From the NCBI GenBank assembly GCA_965223265.1, contig OZ244999.1, positions 736,001 to 800,000 of the forward strand: 64,000 bases of DNA, written 5' to 3'. Each line of letters starts with the position of its first letter. Position 1 is the stretch's first letter. The translations under genes and the position numbers were made by a program. This DNA comes from Planctomycetota bacterium. GTDB taxonomy: Bacteria > Planctomycetota > UBA8108 > SXIK01. This document shows positions 48,553 to 59,063 of this stretch, one piece after another. Below the pieces are notes generated by a model. The model ran no database searches. It was not told where the DNA came from and saw only the letters and a list, made by a program, of their open reading frames with translations.

Positions 48553-49884
48553 CTACTTTTTCTCAGGCTGTCGCAAGCCCAGCGTGATCAGAATCGGTAG
48601 CACAAGACTGGCTGCACCGACGGTATATACGAACTCTGAACCGGTCCGCCAGTAGACGAGACCGGCGAGAATCGGTCCGACTGCACGCGCCAGTGCACCG
48701 AGTGAACTGAACAGGCCCAAGACTTCGCCTTGTCGGTCGACCGGTGAGAAGAGGGACGTCAACGCACGCAGAGACGGAATGACAATCGCGGCGCCGATCG
48801 CCATGAGGAACACGCCGCCGTAGAGTCCCACCTGCGATGTCGCCACACCCGTAAGCACAAGCCCTGGGATCAGCACGACTAACCCGGCGCGTGCTAGCTT
48901 GACCTCCCCGAAACGCGGCGCGAGCCGCCGAATCAGACCGCCTTGAACGAAGGCCATAGTCAATCCCGCAAAGCAGAGAAGCCAAGCGTTTTGCCGTGGT
49001 CCGTAGTCGAAGCGGTCTGCGGCGTGGAACATGAGGGAGAACTCCATGCCGCTGAATGCGGCAATGAAGAAGAAGTTCGTCCAGTTGCACCGATTGACGC
49101 CGGCGAGATCGACGGGAATCAAGCTGCGCAGTGGATTGACACTGCGGCCAGTGGATCGATGCTCGAGCGGGAGGGTTTCTTCGAACCGTCTGTACACCCA
49201 GACAAAATTGAGCGCACTCAGTACGAACGCGCCTGCGGCTGCGAGGGAGAACGGGTTGACCCCGTACGCTGCCAAGGCTGGCATGTGCGCGCTGAGATCG
49301 CAGCCACTTCCAGAGAGTAGGCCACCGAGAACAGGACCGAGGATGAACCCGAGCCCGAACGCAGCGCCCACGAGTCCCATCCCCTTGGCGCGGTTTTCCC
49401 TTGAGGTGACGTCGGCGACAGCAGCCGTCGCGACCGCGATGTTGCCGCTCATGATGCCACCGAATGTGCGTGCCACGACGAGGAGTAGAAACGTGCCGCT
49501 GAAGAACCAGACGAGATAGCTCAGTGCCATCGCGCCGACAGTTAGAAGCAGAATCGGTCGTCGTCCCCTGCGATCAGACAGCCGCCCCCACACCGGTGCG
49601 AAGAGAAACTGCAGGAGCGAGTAGAGCGATCCGAGAATGCCGCCGAAGAGCGCCAAGACTTGAGGACTCGGTGTGCCGTCTTCGTTTGGCGAGGTTCCGG
49701 AAAGTCTATGGAGTCCGTCCAAAAGCCTTCCGAGAAGTCCACGTCCGTCGCTGCCCTCGAGATAGTAGTCGAGCATCGCGGGAAAGAGCGGAAAGATGAT
49801 CGAGAATCCGACCAGATCCAGAAAGAGGATCAAAAAGATGATGCCGAGAGGGCTACGTTTCTTCGTTTCGTTCACGAACCTCAC
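48553..49884 (-). CDS. MFS efflux transporter (TetA/DHA1-like)
   Basis: WGRLSDRRGRRP and GAAFGLGFILGP. Confidence 0.92.
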   Translation of the reverse strand: MRFVNETKKRSPLGIIFLILFLDLVGFSIIFPLFPAMLDYYLEGSDGRGLLGRLLDGLHRLSGTSPNEDGTPSPQVLALFGGILGSLYSLLQFLFAPVWGRLSDRRGRRPILLLTVGAMALSYLVWFFSGTFLLLVVARTFGGIMSGNIAVATAAVADVTSRENRAKGMGLVGAAFGLGFILGPVLGGLLSGSGCDLSAHMPALAAYGVNPFSLAAAGAFVLSALNFVWVYRRFEETLPLEHRSTGRSVNPLRSLIPVDLAGVNRCNWTNFFFIAAFSGMEFSLMFHAADRFDYGPRQNAWLLCFAGLTMAFVQGGLIRRLAPRFGEVKLARAGLVVLIPGLVLTGVATSQVGLYGGVFLMAIGAAIVIPSLRALTSLFSPVDRQGEVLGLFSSLGALARAVGPILAGLVYWRTGSEFVYTVGAASLVLPILITLGLRQPEKK

Positions 49885-49937
49885 CTTCCGTCCGGCAGTC
49901 TACCGGGTCGTTTGTGTTGGGGCTGGGACGCTGCGCT

Positions 49938-51053
49938 TCACGAAATGGGCACGACCTCCATACGCCGTTTCTCGGCGTCGATGGTAGTGATCCGCGCTCG
50001 TACGATCGTGCCGACCGAGAGCTGCTCGCCGAGTTCACGGACGGCCGTCTCGCGCGTCATCCACCCCTCGACTCCATCTTCGACGCGTAGCGTCACGCCG
50101 TCGGCGCTCACTCGAGCCAACCAGCCCGTCACCTCGTCGCCGACATGATAGTTCTCGACGACATGCTCCCAAGTGTCGGCACCTGCCTCTTGAAGATCGA
50201 GACCGAGGCGCCCACGATCGACGTCCTTTGAGATCACTTCCACGCCCACTGTCTGCCCGACGACGAGAGCTTCGCCGCGGCCCGAATCGTCGGTGCGGGA
50301 GCGTAGCTTTTCGCGGATCTTGCTGGAGTGAAGCAGTCCCTCGACGCCGCCCAGGTCAACGAAGGCTCCGTGATCCGTCAACCGGGTCACGCTTCCCTCG
50401 ATAAGGTCTCCGACTTCGATGCGGGAAAGCGCCGCGTCCCGGGCTACGTCTTTCTCCCTTTCCAGAACGAGCCTGCGGCTGACTACCAGATTCTTCTCTC
50501 GCTGGTCGAACTGTGTCACCTCGCATCGGAGCTGCCTGCCGACGTAGCTAGATAAGTCTGCCGTTTCGACTCGCTGCAGGTCAATCTGTGAGATCGGCAT
50601 GAAAGCGCGCTCGCCGCCGATCTCCACCGTCAAGCCTCCCTTGTTTGTTGCCACGGCAACGGCGGCAAACTCAGCGCCGACTCGGAGCTGTTCCCAGAAG
50701 ACCTCCTTGCGAACCGAGCTAGTCGAAAGAAGCGAAACTTCCTTGTCACGGTCAAAGGAAACGAACTCCGCCGTCACTTGCGATCCCGCCGCGGGCTCCT
50801 GCCCGGCAGCGAACTCGGTGCGATCGATGACGCCGAGGTTCTTGCCGTCGAGCTCGACCAGGATCTCGTCGTCCCGAACCTCGACCACAGTGCCGACAAC
50901 CTTCGTCCCTGCTGTCAGTCGGTCGGCGCGTACGCCACCGTCCGGAGGTGCGCCTCCGGCCATCAGACGCTCGAGGTCACTGTCTGAAAGCGCTGCGACG
51001 TCCTTGAGCAAGTCGTCGTGATCGTCGTCGAAGTGTGCGGATCGTTTTCCCAA
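49938..51053 (-). CDS. S1 RNA-binding domain protein (RpsA-like, about 4 S1 domains)
   Basis: NKGGL, AFMPISQ, NLVVSRR and GAFVDLGGVEGLLH. Confidence 0.85.
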   Translation of the reverse strand: MGKRSAHFDDDHDDLLKDVAALSDSDLERLMAGGAPPDGGVRADRLTAGTKVVGTVVEVRDDEILVELDGKNLGVIDRTEFAAGQEPAAGSQVTAEFVSFDRDKEVSLLSTSSVRKEVFWEQLRVGAEFAAVAVATNKGGLTVEIGGERAFMPISQIDLQRVETADLSSYVGRQLRCEVTQFDQREKNLVVSRRLVLEREKDVARDAALSRIEVGDLIEGSVTRLTDHGAFVDLGGVEGLLHSSKIREKLRSRTDDSGRGEALVVGQTVGVEVISKDVDRGRLGLDLQEAGADTWEHVVENYHVGDEVTGWLARVSADGVTLRVEDGVEGWMTRETAVRELGEQLSVGTIVRARITTIDAEKRRMEVVPIS

Positions 51054-51081
51054 GTTCGTCGCTCCTGCGGGTGTCTTCGGG

Positions 51082-52116
51082 TCAGCGCGTCACGTTGACG
51101 TTGAATTCGTCGCCGAGTCGGACGAGCATCTTCCAAACTTCGTTTGGGACGTCCAGCCCGCTTTGAGTACGTTCCTGCGTCCGTCGGCGCTCGATATCTC
51201 CTGGTAGGAGGACCTGGTCGACGCCCGGGCGCCGACTCGCCGATTTCAGGTACGCAGCATAGTCGTCGATCTTGTCGTAGTATTCGCCACGCTCCGTGAA
51301 GAGAGTCGGGTCGATCACCTGCAGAAGAAGTCCGTTGCCGTACGTCTTCGTCAGCAGTGCAGATCCTGCGCCCGAGAGGAGCCCTCCGAAGAGGTCCATA
51401 GCGACCGAGAGAGCGTAACCCTTGTGTCCTTGATCACCGCCGAGTGGTGCCAAGGAACCGTCGGTGTAGAGCGTCGCGGGGTCGTTTGTCCAGCGTCCTT
51501 CGGCGTCGTAAACCCAGCCTTCCGGCACCGGTTCGCCTTTCTTGTTTGCTAGCCGAACCTTGCCTTCGGCGACGGCGCTGGTGGCGAAATCGACGACGAT
51601 GGGTTGGTCTCGCGTCGGCACAGCGAACGCGATGGGATTGGTCGGCAGACGGCGCTCTGTCCCGCCCCAGGGGGCGACCCGCGCCGAGCCGTGGACGTTA
51701 CAGAATGCGACTCCGAGAAAACCGTCAAGGGCGGCCTTTTCTGGGTAGACGCCAACACGACCCAAGTGGTAACAGCGTCGCACGCTGACCATACCGATCC
51801 CGTGCTCTTTTGCCTTGGCGAGCGCAACTTCCGTCGCGAAGTCCCCAACAACGGGCCCCCACGTGAAGTGGCCGTCGACGAGCGCCGTCGTCGGCCCTTC
51901 CTTGAGGACCTCGGGCGCGGCGGCGGGCTGCACCAGTCCGTCCAATGCGTGCTCGAAGTACTGCTCAATCCGGAGGATCCCATGAGAGTCGTGACCGCTC
52001 AGATTGGCGTCAACGAGGTGTTGTGCGACGCGATCGGCCGCAGTCTCGGGCGTCCCGATGGCGCGCAGGAGGCTACTGGCGATTGCGGTGAGCTGGGCGG
52101 CAGGTACTAGCGGCAT
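51082..52116 (-). CDS. Ldh_2 family oxidoreductase
   Basis: GHDSHG, HLGRVG, TNPIAF, DFATS and GHKGYAL. Confidence 0.92.
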   Translation of the reverse strand: MPLVPAAQLTAIASSLLRAIGTPETAADRVAQHLVDANLSGHDSHGILRIEQYFEHALDGLVQPAAAPEVLKEGPTTALVDGHFTWGPVVGDFATEVALAKAKEHGIGMVSVRRCYHLGRVGVYPEKAALDGFLGVAFCNVHGSARVAPWGGTERRLPTNPIAFAVPTRDQPIVVDFATSAVAEGKVRLANKKGEPVPEGWVYDAEGRWTNDPATLYTDGSLAPLGGDQGHKGYALSVAMDLFGGLLSGAGSALLTKTYGNGLLLQVIDPTLFTERGEYYDKIDDYAAYLKSASRRPGVDQVLLPGDIERRRTQERTQSGLDVPNEVWKMLVRLGDEFNVNVTR

Positions 52117-52191
52117 GGGTCGGCGAAGTTGGTCGTGCTTCAGGCGGGAGGGCTGTAGGGCGACTGTGGCGGCCGGAAACCGGGCGGCATG

Positions 52192-53403
52192 TTACAACGC
52201 AGAACCGTCCGTGTCGACTCCGCGACGCGTGGCTCGTTCAGTTTCACCGCTTGTCCCGGAGGTGCAAGGGCGGAGTTTCTTGAGCGGATAGAACGTGTCG
52301 CGCCAATCGATCCCTCCTGCTTGGGAGATGGTGAGCGCCGAGTTCCACAGCGCGGCGAGTCCAACAACGACCGTAATTGGGTGGGCCATAAACGACCACG
52401 ATGCCGTCCCAGTAACCGGCGCGAGAGCCGCATACATGAGTGCAAGAGAGAGCCAGGCGACAACGGCGGCGATCCATAGCGATGAGTGGAACACGCCGAA
52501 GACCGGCAGCAAGCAATTGAGCGCGACGAGGACGATGGTGGCAACGATCAAGAGCGGCCAGCTGAATCCAACGGCGGCAAATGCGTTCTTACGTGTGACC
52601 CGAAACATTTCAGGGAGAGTCGGTGACCAAGGCACCTGACACCACCTGCCAGCATAGGCCATTTCGTATCGTCCCCCGAAGCGGCGCACGGCGCGTCCGA
52701 GTTCTACGTCATCGATCACGGCGAGTTTGAGCCGGCTGTGGCCGCCCATCGCCTCGTAGAGGTTGCGGCGCAGTAACATGTAGGCACCCGCTCCCACAGC
52801 TTCCCAACTCTGCCGGCGACGCGAGCTCGTCCACAGACCAAGCAGGAGAACAAGCAATGTGAACGCCTGAGTCATGAGGCAACGAACCCAAGCGCTTTCG
52901 GTCTCGTTGTGTGGAATGACGGTCAGGTAGTCGAGGTCCCTAGTGATCGCGCGGCTGATCGTCGTGCGTAGAAGCTGTGGGTGATGGAGCACGTCGGCGT
53001 CGGTAAAGAGCAGCCAGTCCCCACGTGCGTGGTTGGCCGCGAGGTTTTGAGCATGGGGCTTGCCTAGCCAATCAGGCGGCAACGTCGAAACGGTGAGCGG
53101 TGTGATTCGCTCATCGGTGGCGCTCAGCGAAGCGATGATCTCGCCAGTCCTATCGCGACTGCGATCGTCGACCGCGATCACTTCAAAGTCTGGATAATCG
53201 ATCGATAGCAGCGACTCGAGCGTGTTCGCGACGTGACGTTCCTCGTCGCGGCAGGCGACGATCACGGAGACGCTGGGCCACGCGTCGGGAGCCTTCGTCG
53301 CGCTGGGACTCTCTTGCACAAGCGAGAAAACACGGCGTCCGCGCCAAACGCAAGCAGCGGTGAACGCCCACAGGGCGGCGAGAAGAGCGGCGAGTGTCGT
53401 CAT
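52192..53403 (-). CDS. GT2 family glycosyltransferase (HpnB-like)
   Basis: VDDRSRD, WLGK, FTDAD, GGH and IDD. Confidence 0.88.
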   Translation of the reverse strand: MTTLAALLAALWAFTAACVWRGRRVFSLVQESPSATKAPDAWPSVSVIVACRDEERHVANTLESLLSIDYPDFEVIAVDDRSRDRTGEIIASLSATDERITPLTVSTLPPDWLGKPHAQNLAANHARGDWLLFTDADVLHHPQLLRTTISRAITRDLDYLTVIPHNETESAWVRCLMTQAFTLLVLLLGLWTSSRRRQSWEAVGAGAYMLLRRNLYEAMGGHSRLKLAVIDDVELGRAVRRFGGRYEMAYAGRWCQVPWSPTLPEMFRVTRKNAFAAVGFSWPLLIVATIVLVALNCLLPVFGVFHSSLWIAAVVAWLSLALMYAALAPVTGTASWSFMAHPITVVVGLAALWNSALTISQAGGIDWRDTFYPLKKLRPCTSGTSGETERATRRGVDTDGSAL

Positions 53404-53430
53404 GTTCGAGGCGTGGACACCAAAACTTGG

Positions 53431-55677
53431 CTACTCTCCGCTCGAGTCTTCGAGGACGCTCAAGAGGTAGCTGACTCGGCTCTCGACGAAGCTACGGATC
53501 GAGGCGTAGCCGCCTGTGATGTCGGTACGTTCCTGGTCGAACGTGGTGCCGGCGAACGACTCGTGCAGCGAAAGGTCGCTGAGGAGCGACTGCTCGATCG
53601 GCTCGATCAGTGCGTTGACCGCTTCGACGGTAAACCGGCCACCGGGCTGCATCTCGGCGCGTAGGAAGGCTCGGTATGCGTCGTCGAGATCTGCGAAAGA
53701 GTGCACAGCCGCCAGCATGAGACCTGCAGGCCTCTCCGTTTGAAAGACGGCACCCGGAATCGGGTTGCCGTTCTTTGGCCACGAGACCGGCATGTCGATG
53801 CAGCACGGCAGAAAGACTTGGTCGAGATCCCACGGGATGAGCTTCCATCGACTTTCGGGAGTCAAGCCGTCATACAAGAAGTGGTTGTTATGGTAGCCGT
53901 CCCAGTTCGCCATCATCATGCTGATGGCGCTGTACTGCAGAACATTCTCTATGTCGAGGTTGTTGTCGATGGCGGTGCGTCGTGCGGTCAAGTCTGAGGA
54001 GCGCAGTTGCCCGACGAGATCCACCTGCCGCTGCGATCCAGAACCGATGTTGTTCTGCTTTAGCATCACCTTGTCGAGCTTGTAGATGTCGCCGTCTGGA
54101 TCCAGTCCGTTCATGGCGAAGAACCGCTCGTTGACTTGCTGGACGACGAGCGCACGGCCGTGTTGGGTCTCTGTGTTGTGGAAGTCGATCAAGCGAACCC
54201 ATTCGGCTCGAGGCGAAAGGGCGCCGAATGAGCGAAACAAGACGAAACCTAAACCTTCGACGTGAGCGCTGATCGGTGATCCGAATCGGCTCAGTCTGGG
54301 GATGATATTGAGCGTGCGGTCCTCGCGGTATTCGTTGCCTTTGGCGAACTTGAGTTTTTGTCCGTTGCCGGAATCCCGACTCAGAGCATCGCCGAAAACG
54401 AGTGGTTCCTGCGACCCTGTCTCGAGCACAACGGCTCCACTCGGCACCAGGCGCGGGCGAAGGTTTGTGGGCTTGCGCGCGAACATCCACAGGATCGGAA
54501 GCGCGTGGGGGATCTCAAAGTCGTAGACAAAGATGCTCTTGAAGGGAAACGGTTCGGCCTCGTGCGGCAGCTGCAGCACAGTGTCGTCGTCGAGCGTGAC
54601 TTCGAGGTCGTAGCGTACCAGCGATTGCGACGCCTGTGGTGGAAGCTGTGCGGTTGCCTGCGTGCTCGCGTCTCCAAGCGCTTCCATGGCCATCACTACG
54701 GTCTGAAGTTCAGAGACCTGCGTGGTGACGACTTCCCAGCGAAGCAACACTTCTTTGATGCGCGCGGGGACAACGTCGAGATCAATCGACACGGTGATCG
54801 TATCCTGCGACGAAGGTTGCCGCGGGCTTGTCAGGGCCGCGTTGATGACCGGATGTGTCGGGATTCCGAAAGAGGAATTCTCGCTCCCCGGAGTATCGTT
54901 GCGGAATGTCTCGGCTGTCCGCCAGCTGTGAAAATCGTCCGCGAGCGTTTCGTAGTTGATCCGTTCAAGGCTGCGGCGGGTGCCATCCGCCCCGGTCGGC
55001 CATGGCGCGCGGTCGTCGTAGCGCACGCTCTCCACTTCGCAGTCGCCGTCGGAAAGCGTCAGACGCTCGCCTGAATCCGAAAGTTGGCCTTCATAGGGTC
55101 CGATGACCTTCACGTCGGTGAGACGTTCGAATTCCGCCGGATCCTTCGCGACGAGCAGATAACCACCGGCGGCGATCGTAGTTCCTTCGGGCACGACATA
55201 CGCGATGCCGTTGGTGAACGCGTAACCGCTGACGTCGATCTCCTGATCGGTGCGGTTGTGGAGCTCGACGAACTCTCGCTCGTTTCTTGTATTCGGGTTG
55301 TACTGGATCTCGCTCAGGACGATCGCTGGCGTTGGCACGATGCCATCAGCGCACTCGAGGGCGTCGCACGTCAGGTCGGGACCAGGGCGGATCGCCCCGG
55401 GTGACGGTAGATCGCCGTCGCGAAAGAGAGCTGCGAGCGTCGTGACGATGTCGGCCGTGTCGAGGTTGCCATCGTCGTTAGCGTCCGCCGCGTCGCGGCA
55501 CGGTAGCTCGGGGCCACCCGAAAAGAGGCTAAGAATGATCGAGACGGCATCCGCCACCGTGACGCGATCGTCGCGGTTGGCGTCGCCGCGCAAGAAGTCG
55601 GCGTAGAGAAACGGACCGCTAGCTATGACGACGGTACAGACGAGACAGATCGTCGTGGAGAGGCGCAATCGGCGCAT
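53431..55677 (-). CDS. Secreted dockerin-like / lamin-tail / CotH kinase protein
   Basis: FLRGDAN...DAADANDDG; SEIQYNP..EFVELHN; NWDGYHNNHFLY and WDLD. Confidence 0.85.
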   Translation of the reverse strand: MRRLRLSTTICLVCTVVIASGPFLYADFLRGDANRDDRVTVADAVSIILSLFSGGPELPCRDAADANDDGNLDTADIVTTLAALFRDGDLPSPGAIRPGPDLTCDALECADGIVPTPAIVLSEIQYNPNTRNEREFVELHNRTDQEIDVSGYAFTNGIAYVVPEGTTIAAGGYLLVAKDPAEFERLTDVKVIGPYEGQLSDSGERLTLSDGDCEVESVRYDDRAPWPTGADGTRRSLERINYETLADDFHSWRTAETFRNDTPGSENSSFGIPTHPVINAALTSPRQPSSQDTITVSIDLDVVPARIKEVLLRWEVVTTQVSELQTVVMAMEALGDASTQATAQLPPQASQSLVRYDLEVTLDDDTVLQLPHEAEPFPFKSIFVYDFEIPHALPILWMFARKPTNLRPRLVPSGAVVLETGSQEPLVFGDALSRDSGNGQKLKFAKGNEYREDRTLNIIPRLSRFGSPISAHVEGLGFVLFRSFGALSPRAEWVRLIDFHNTETQHGRALVVQQVNERFFAMNGLDPDGDIYKLDKVMLKQNNIGSGSQRQVDLVGQLRSSDLTARRTAIDNNLDIENVLQYSAISMMMANWDGYHNNHFLYDGLTPESRWKLIPWDLDQVFLPCCIDMPVSWPKNGNPIPGAVFQTERPAGLMLAAVHSFADLDDAYRAFLRAEMQPGGRFTVEAVNALIEPIEQSLLSDLSLHESFAGTTFDQERTDITGGYASIRSFVESRVSYLLSVLEDSSGE

Positions 55678-56084
55678 GAGTGAACTCAGTCAGAGGTGTT
55701 TTCTACAAGACCCTCGCCTGCCCGCTCGTGCAGCAAGGTTCAATTCTACGCCAGGCCGGAGGGACGGTGGCCTTATTTTTACCAGGTCGCTGTCTCTCAA
55801 TGTTGTTTTCCCTCGTCGCTGTTTTCTTCTGTAACTTCTTGAGTGAGTTTTGGTTGCGTCCCCTTCTGCTGCCGGCCAGGCTGTCGGCGTGATCGATGGG
55901 GGTTTAGCTGCTTGGGCTGTCCGAGTACCTTTTGCGGTCGGGGGAGCGCTTCAGCGCGCATCGTCTCAGGCGTCGTCCGCACTCAGCGCGTGGCTCCTTC
56001 TGACCCAACGCCGACTGCAGATGACGGCAAGAAACGCCGCTACTGACGCCCTTCGCCGTTTTGGTAGGCGCTGGGCTGACTTAG

Positions 56085-56244
56085 CAGCCTGCCTGAAAAA
56101 GTGCTTCGAGCCGAAAACTGGTCTCTTCGCGTCCAGATCGGCTGCGGCAAACGCAGGTAATCTCCGAGATTTTTGAGTATTGACGCGGTCGAGCTGGGCG
56201 TGAAGAGGCCAGTTTCTCGGCCGAATGACTTTTTCAACGGGCTG
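56085..56244. mobile_element. MITE family A (TSD TTAG)
   Basis: TTAG at 56081-56084 and 56245-56248; TIRs as in the other copies. Confidence 0.88.
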
Positions 56245-56262
56245 TTAGACAACGGGAGAGCC

Positions 56263-57180
56263 ATGAGCACGATTCCACAGCGACTGCTTGGACGTACGGG
56301 TGAGTCAGTGCCGATTTTGGCATTGGGGGGAGGGCATGTTGGCGTTCTGTCCATCGAAACCTCGGAGGTGATTCGGATTATCCAGTACGCCATCGACCAG
56401 GGAGTCACCTTCCTCGACAATGCCTGGGAGTACAACAGCGGCCGTTCAGAGGTCCTGATGGGCGAAGCGATCGAAGGGCGCCGCGATCAGGTGTTTCTGA
56501 TGACGAAAGTTTGTGCCCGCGATCGCGCCGGCGCCGAGAAACAGCTCGAAGAAAGTCTTCGTCGTTTCAAAACCGACTATTTGGACCTCTGGCAGTTCCA
56601 TGAAATCAATTACGCGAACGATCACGAGTTGATCTTCGCTCCGGGCGGCGCGGCCGAGGCTGCAGAGGCGGCACTCAAAGCCGGCAAGGTGAAGTACGTC
56701 GGTTTCACTGGGCACAAGGATCCAGAATACATGCTGCCGATGCTGGACTATGAGTTTCCGTGGTCCGCCGCTCAGTTTCCCGTCAACGTCTTTGATGCCA
56801 GTTATCGGAGTTTCACGCAGCGACTGTTACCGGAGCTTGAGAAGCGCGGCATCGCTGCACTTGGGATGAAGAGTCTCGGCGGTCGCGGGCAGTTCATCAC
56901 CGAAGCGGGCCTGACACCCGGGGAGTGTCTGCGGTTTTCCCTCTCACAGCCGATCGCGAGCCTTGTCTCCGGTCTCGACTCCATCGCGGTAGTTGATCAA
57001 AACGTCGAGATTGTTCGGGCGTTTGAGCCGATGACTCAACAGGAGCAGGAGAAGCTCGTAGAACGAACCCGCTCGCTCGCCGCGGACGGTCGGCTCGAGT
57101 GGTTCAAAACGACACCCTACTTCGACAGCAAATACCACCGTGACCAACATGGCTTCCCGACCGTCCTCGTGTGCAATTGA
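56263..57180 (+). CDS. Aldo/keto reductase
   Basis: LGRTG, DNAWEY, MTK, DYLDLWQFH, GFTGH and MKSLG. Confidence 0.92.
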   Translation: MSTIPQRLLGRTGESVPILALGGGHVGVLSIETSEVIRIIQYAIDQGVTFLDNAWEYNSGRSEVLMGEAIEGRRDQVFLMTKVCARDRAGAEKQLEESLRRFKTDYLDLWQFHEINYANDHELIFAPGGAAEAAEAALKAGKVKYVGFTGHKDPEYMLPMLDYEFPWSAAQFPVNVFDASYRSFTQRLLPELEKRGIAALGMKSLGGRGQFITEAGLTPGECLRFSLSQPIASLVSGLDSIAVVDQNVEIVRAFEPMTQQEQEKLVERTRSLAADGRLEWFKTTPYFDSKYHRDQHGFPTVLVCN

Positions 57181-57217
57181 AATGTTCGTGCTGTTCCGAT
57201 CGGCGATTCGACTCTAT

Positions 57218-57267
57218 CAGTCCGTTGAAAAAGTCATTCGGCTGGGAAGCCGGCGTCTTCCACGCCG
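57218..57267. mobile_element. MITE family A, single-end remnant
   Basis: CAGTCCGTTGAAAAAGTCATTCGGC... with no second TIR. Confidence 0.6.
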
Positions 57268-57337
57268 ACATACGCCGCGGCGAGTCGTGCCAGAAGCATC
57301 TTGTAGAAGAGGGCTCGGTGGCCTCGTTAGCTCCCCG

Positions 57338-58702
57338 ATGTCGTCACGAATCTCGCGCTTCAGTTGTCTTTCCTTGATCGCCCTCACGTGTGGCAATTGC
57401 TGTTACGTGCGACCCTACCGGACACCCACGGATGTCGAACGCTGGCAGGACCCGACGCCGCCGCAGCTTTCGATCGACGAGAAAGCGCATGTCTTTCAGA
57501 AACGCATCGAGGCTCGGCACCAGCTGCCTGACGGTGTGATTCGCTACAAGCTCGAGAACCTCGTCGTCGACCCGATCGGCCACCACGGCAACGTCGCGGA
57601 CGGAGCTTTCTATTTGGGGCTCTACTGCAGCACCCAGGCTCTACGGTATTCGGTGACCTGGGAAGATGACGCCAAGGCGCAGCTGCTCAAGACTCTCGGC
57701 GCCATGGAGCTGGTTGCGTCCGCTTCGGGGGAGCCAGGACTGCTTGCGCGTCATGTAGCGAAGGTCAAGCCGAAGGACGAGCGCTGGCGGGTTTCGACCA
57801 CTCAGCCGGGATACTTTTGGCGGTCGGACGTGAGTAAGGATCAGTATGCGGGATTCGCGCACGGACTGGCCGTCGCACTGGCTACGGTCCCCGATCCCGG
57901 CGTGCGAAGTCGGATCGCCGCTCTCGCCGCGCCGATCGCCGACCACTTCCTGCGTAACGACCTACACATCGTCGATTGGGATGGAGAAACCACGACTTTC
58001 GGGAACGTTCAGGGGCGATTGTTCGGTTTCCCCGCCGGCGTCAATGCGCTCATTTCTCTTCTTGTCGCTAAGACTGCCGCCGTCAGCACTGGGGAGGAGA
58101 GATTCGTGTTGTTCTATGACCGCCTTGTCGACCAGGGCTACCTGCGCTTGGCGCGCGCCGCGAATCTGCGGGCTCCGGGCGGCAAGCGCGTCAACGAGAA
58201 CATGGCTTTCCTGACGCTGTATGCCCTTTGGCTCCTCGAAGAAGATCAAGAGAGGGCGAAGCAGCTGCGTGTGGTGAGTCGCCGTCTGTGGCCGGCTGTG
58301 CGTGATGATCGCAACGCCTTTTTCTCATTTGTTCAGGCGGCCATCGTGGGCTCCGGGGAAGGAGCTGCGACGACTTTGGCGGTCGAGATCGCCGAGGCGC
58401 GCCAGCGAGGGCTGGCTGCACTCCGGGAGTTTCCCGACTCGAAGATTGCCTGGCCGGTCGACCTGACTCGGCAAGACTTTGGCGTACGTCGTGCCTTCTT
58501 CAACAACGTTGATTGTTGGCCGCGGGCGAGAACCGCCGTCCCCATCTATTTGCGCTATCGAAGTTCGTCGCAGTGGGTCGGGGACCCTTACCAGATGGTT
58601 GGACGTCTAAAGAATCACGGCGACGTCGAGTACGCAGGCATCGACTATCTCATCGCGTACTGGGTCGCTCGTGAGCATGGATTCATCGCGGCGCCAGAAT
58701 AA
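57338..58702 (+). CDS. Hypothetical exported protein, possible alpha/alpha barrel
   Basis: Cys-containing signal-like N-terminus; helical body with GLLAR, SKDQY and GIDYLIAYW. Confidence 0.65.
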   Translation: MSSRISRFSCLSLIALTCGNCCYVRPYRTPTDVERWQDPTPPQLSIDEKAHVFQKRIEARHQLPDGVIRYKLENLVVDPIGHHGNVADGAFYLGLYCSTQALRYSVTWEDDAKAQLLKTLGAMELVASASGEPGLLARHVAKVKPKDERWRVSTTQPGYFWRSDVSKDQYAGFAHGLAVALATVPDPGVRSRIAALAAPIADHFLRNDLHIVDWDGETTTFGNVQGRLFGFPAGVNALISLLVAKTAAVSTGEERFVLFYDRLVDQGYLRLARAANLRAPGGKRVNENMAFLTLYALWLLEEDQERAKQLRVVSRRLWPAVRDDRNAFFSFVQAAIVGSGEGAATTLAVEIAEARQRGLAALREFPDSKIAWPVDLTRQDFGVRRAFFNNVDCWPRARTAVPIYLRYRSSSQWVGDPYQMVGRLKNHGDVEYAGIDYLIAYWVAREHGFIAAPE

Positions 58703-58806
58703 GCTGTCTCGGTCAGTGACCGAGCGGGAATCGGAGGCGGATCAAGGGTAGAGTCAGTGTCGTCTCACGCTCACATCGTGCGGCTCGCCTCAGCGGGCTG
58801 CTAGCG

Positions 58807-58965
58807 CAGCCCATTGAAAAAGTCATTCGGCCGAAGAAACTGGCCTCTTCACGCCCAGCTCGACCGCGTCAATACTCGAAAATCCCGACGATCCTGCGTT
58901 TGCCGCGGCCGATCTGGACGCGAAGAGACCAGTTTTCGACTCGAAGCACTTTTTCAGGCAGGCTG
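58807..58965. mobile_element. MITE family A
   Basis: CAGCCCATTGAAAAAGT...ACTTTTTCAGGCAGGCTG, followed by CTAA. Confidence 0.85.
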
Positions 58966-59063
58966 CTAAGCGCTTCAAGTCGCGCTGAAGTTTCGATTGA
59001 GAACGCCGCTACCTGGGGTCATGATGGCGACAGAGCTGTCAGTTCGCCAGAACCGGGATTCTC

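Noticed and set aside
56173-56262. Upstream extensions of the ORFs at 56173, 45681 and 57140
   Set aside because: They are read-through of MITE A sequence; the same peptide (KRPVSRPNDFFNGLL) recurs at other copies.
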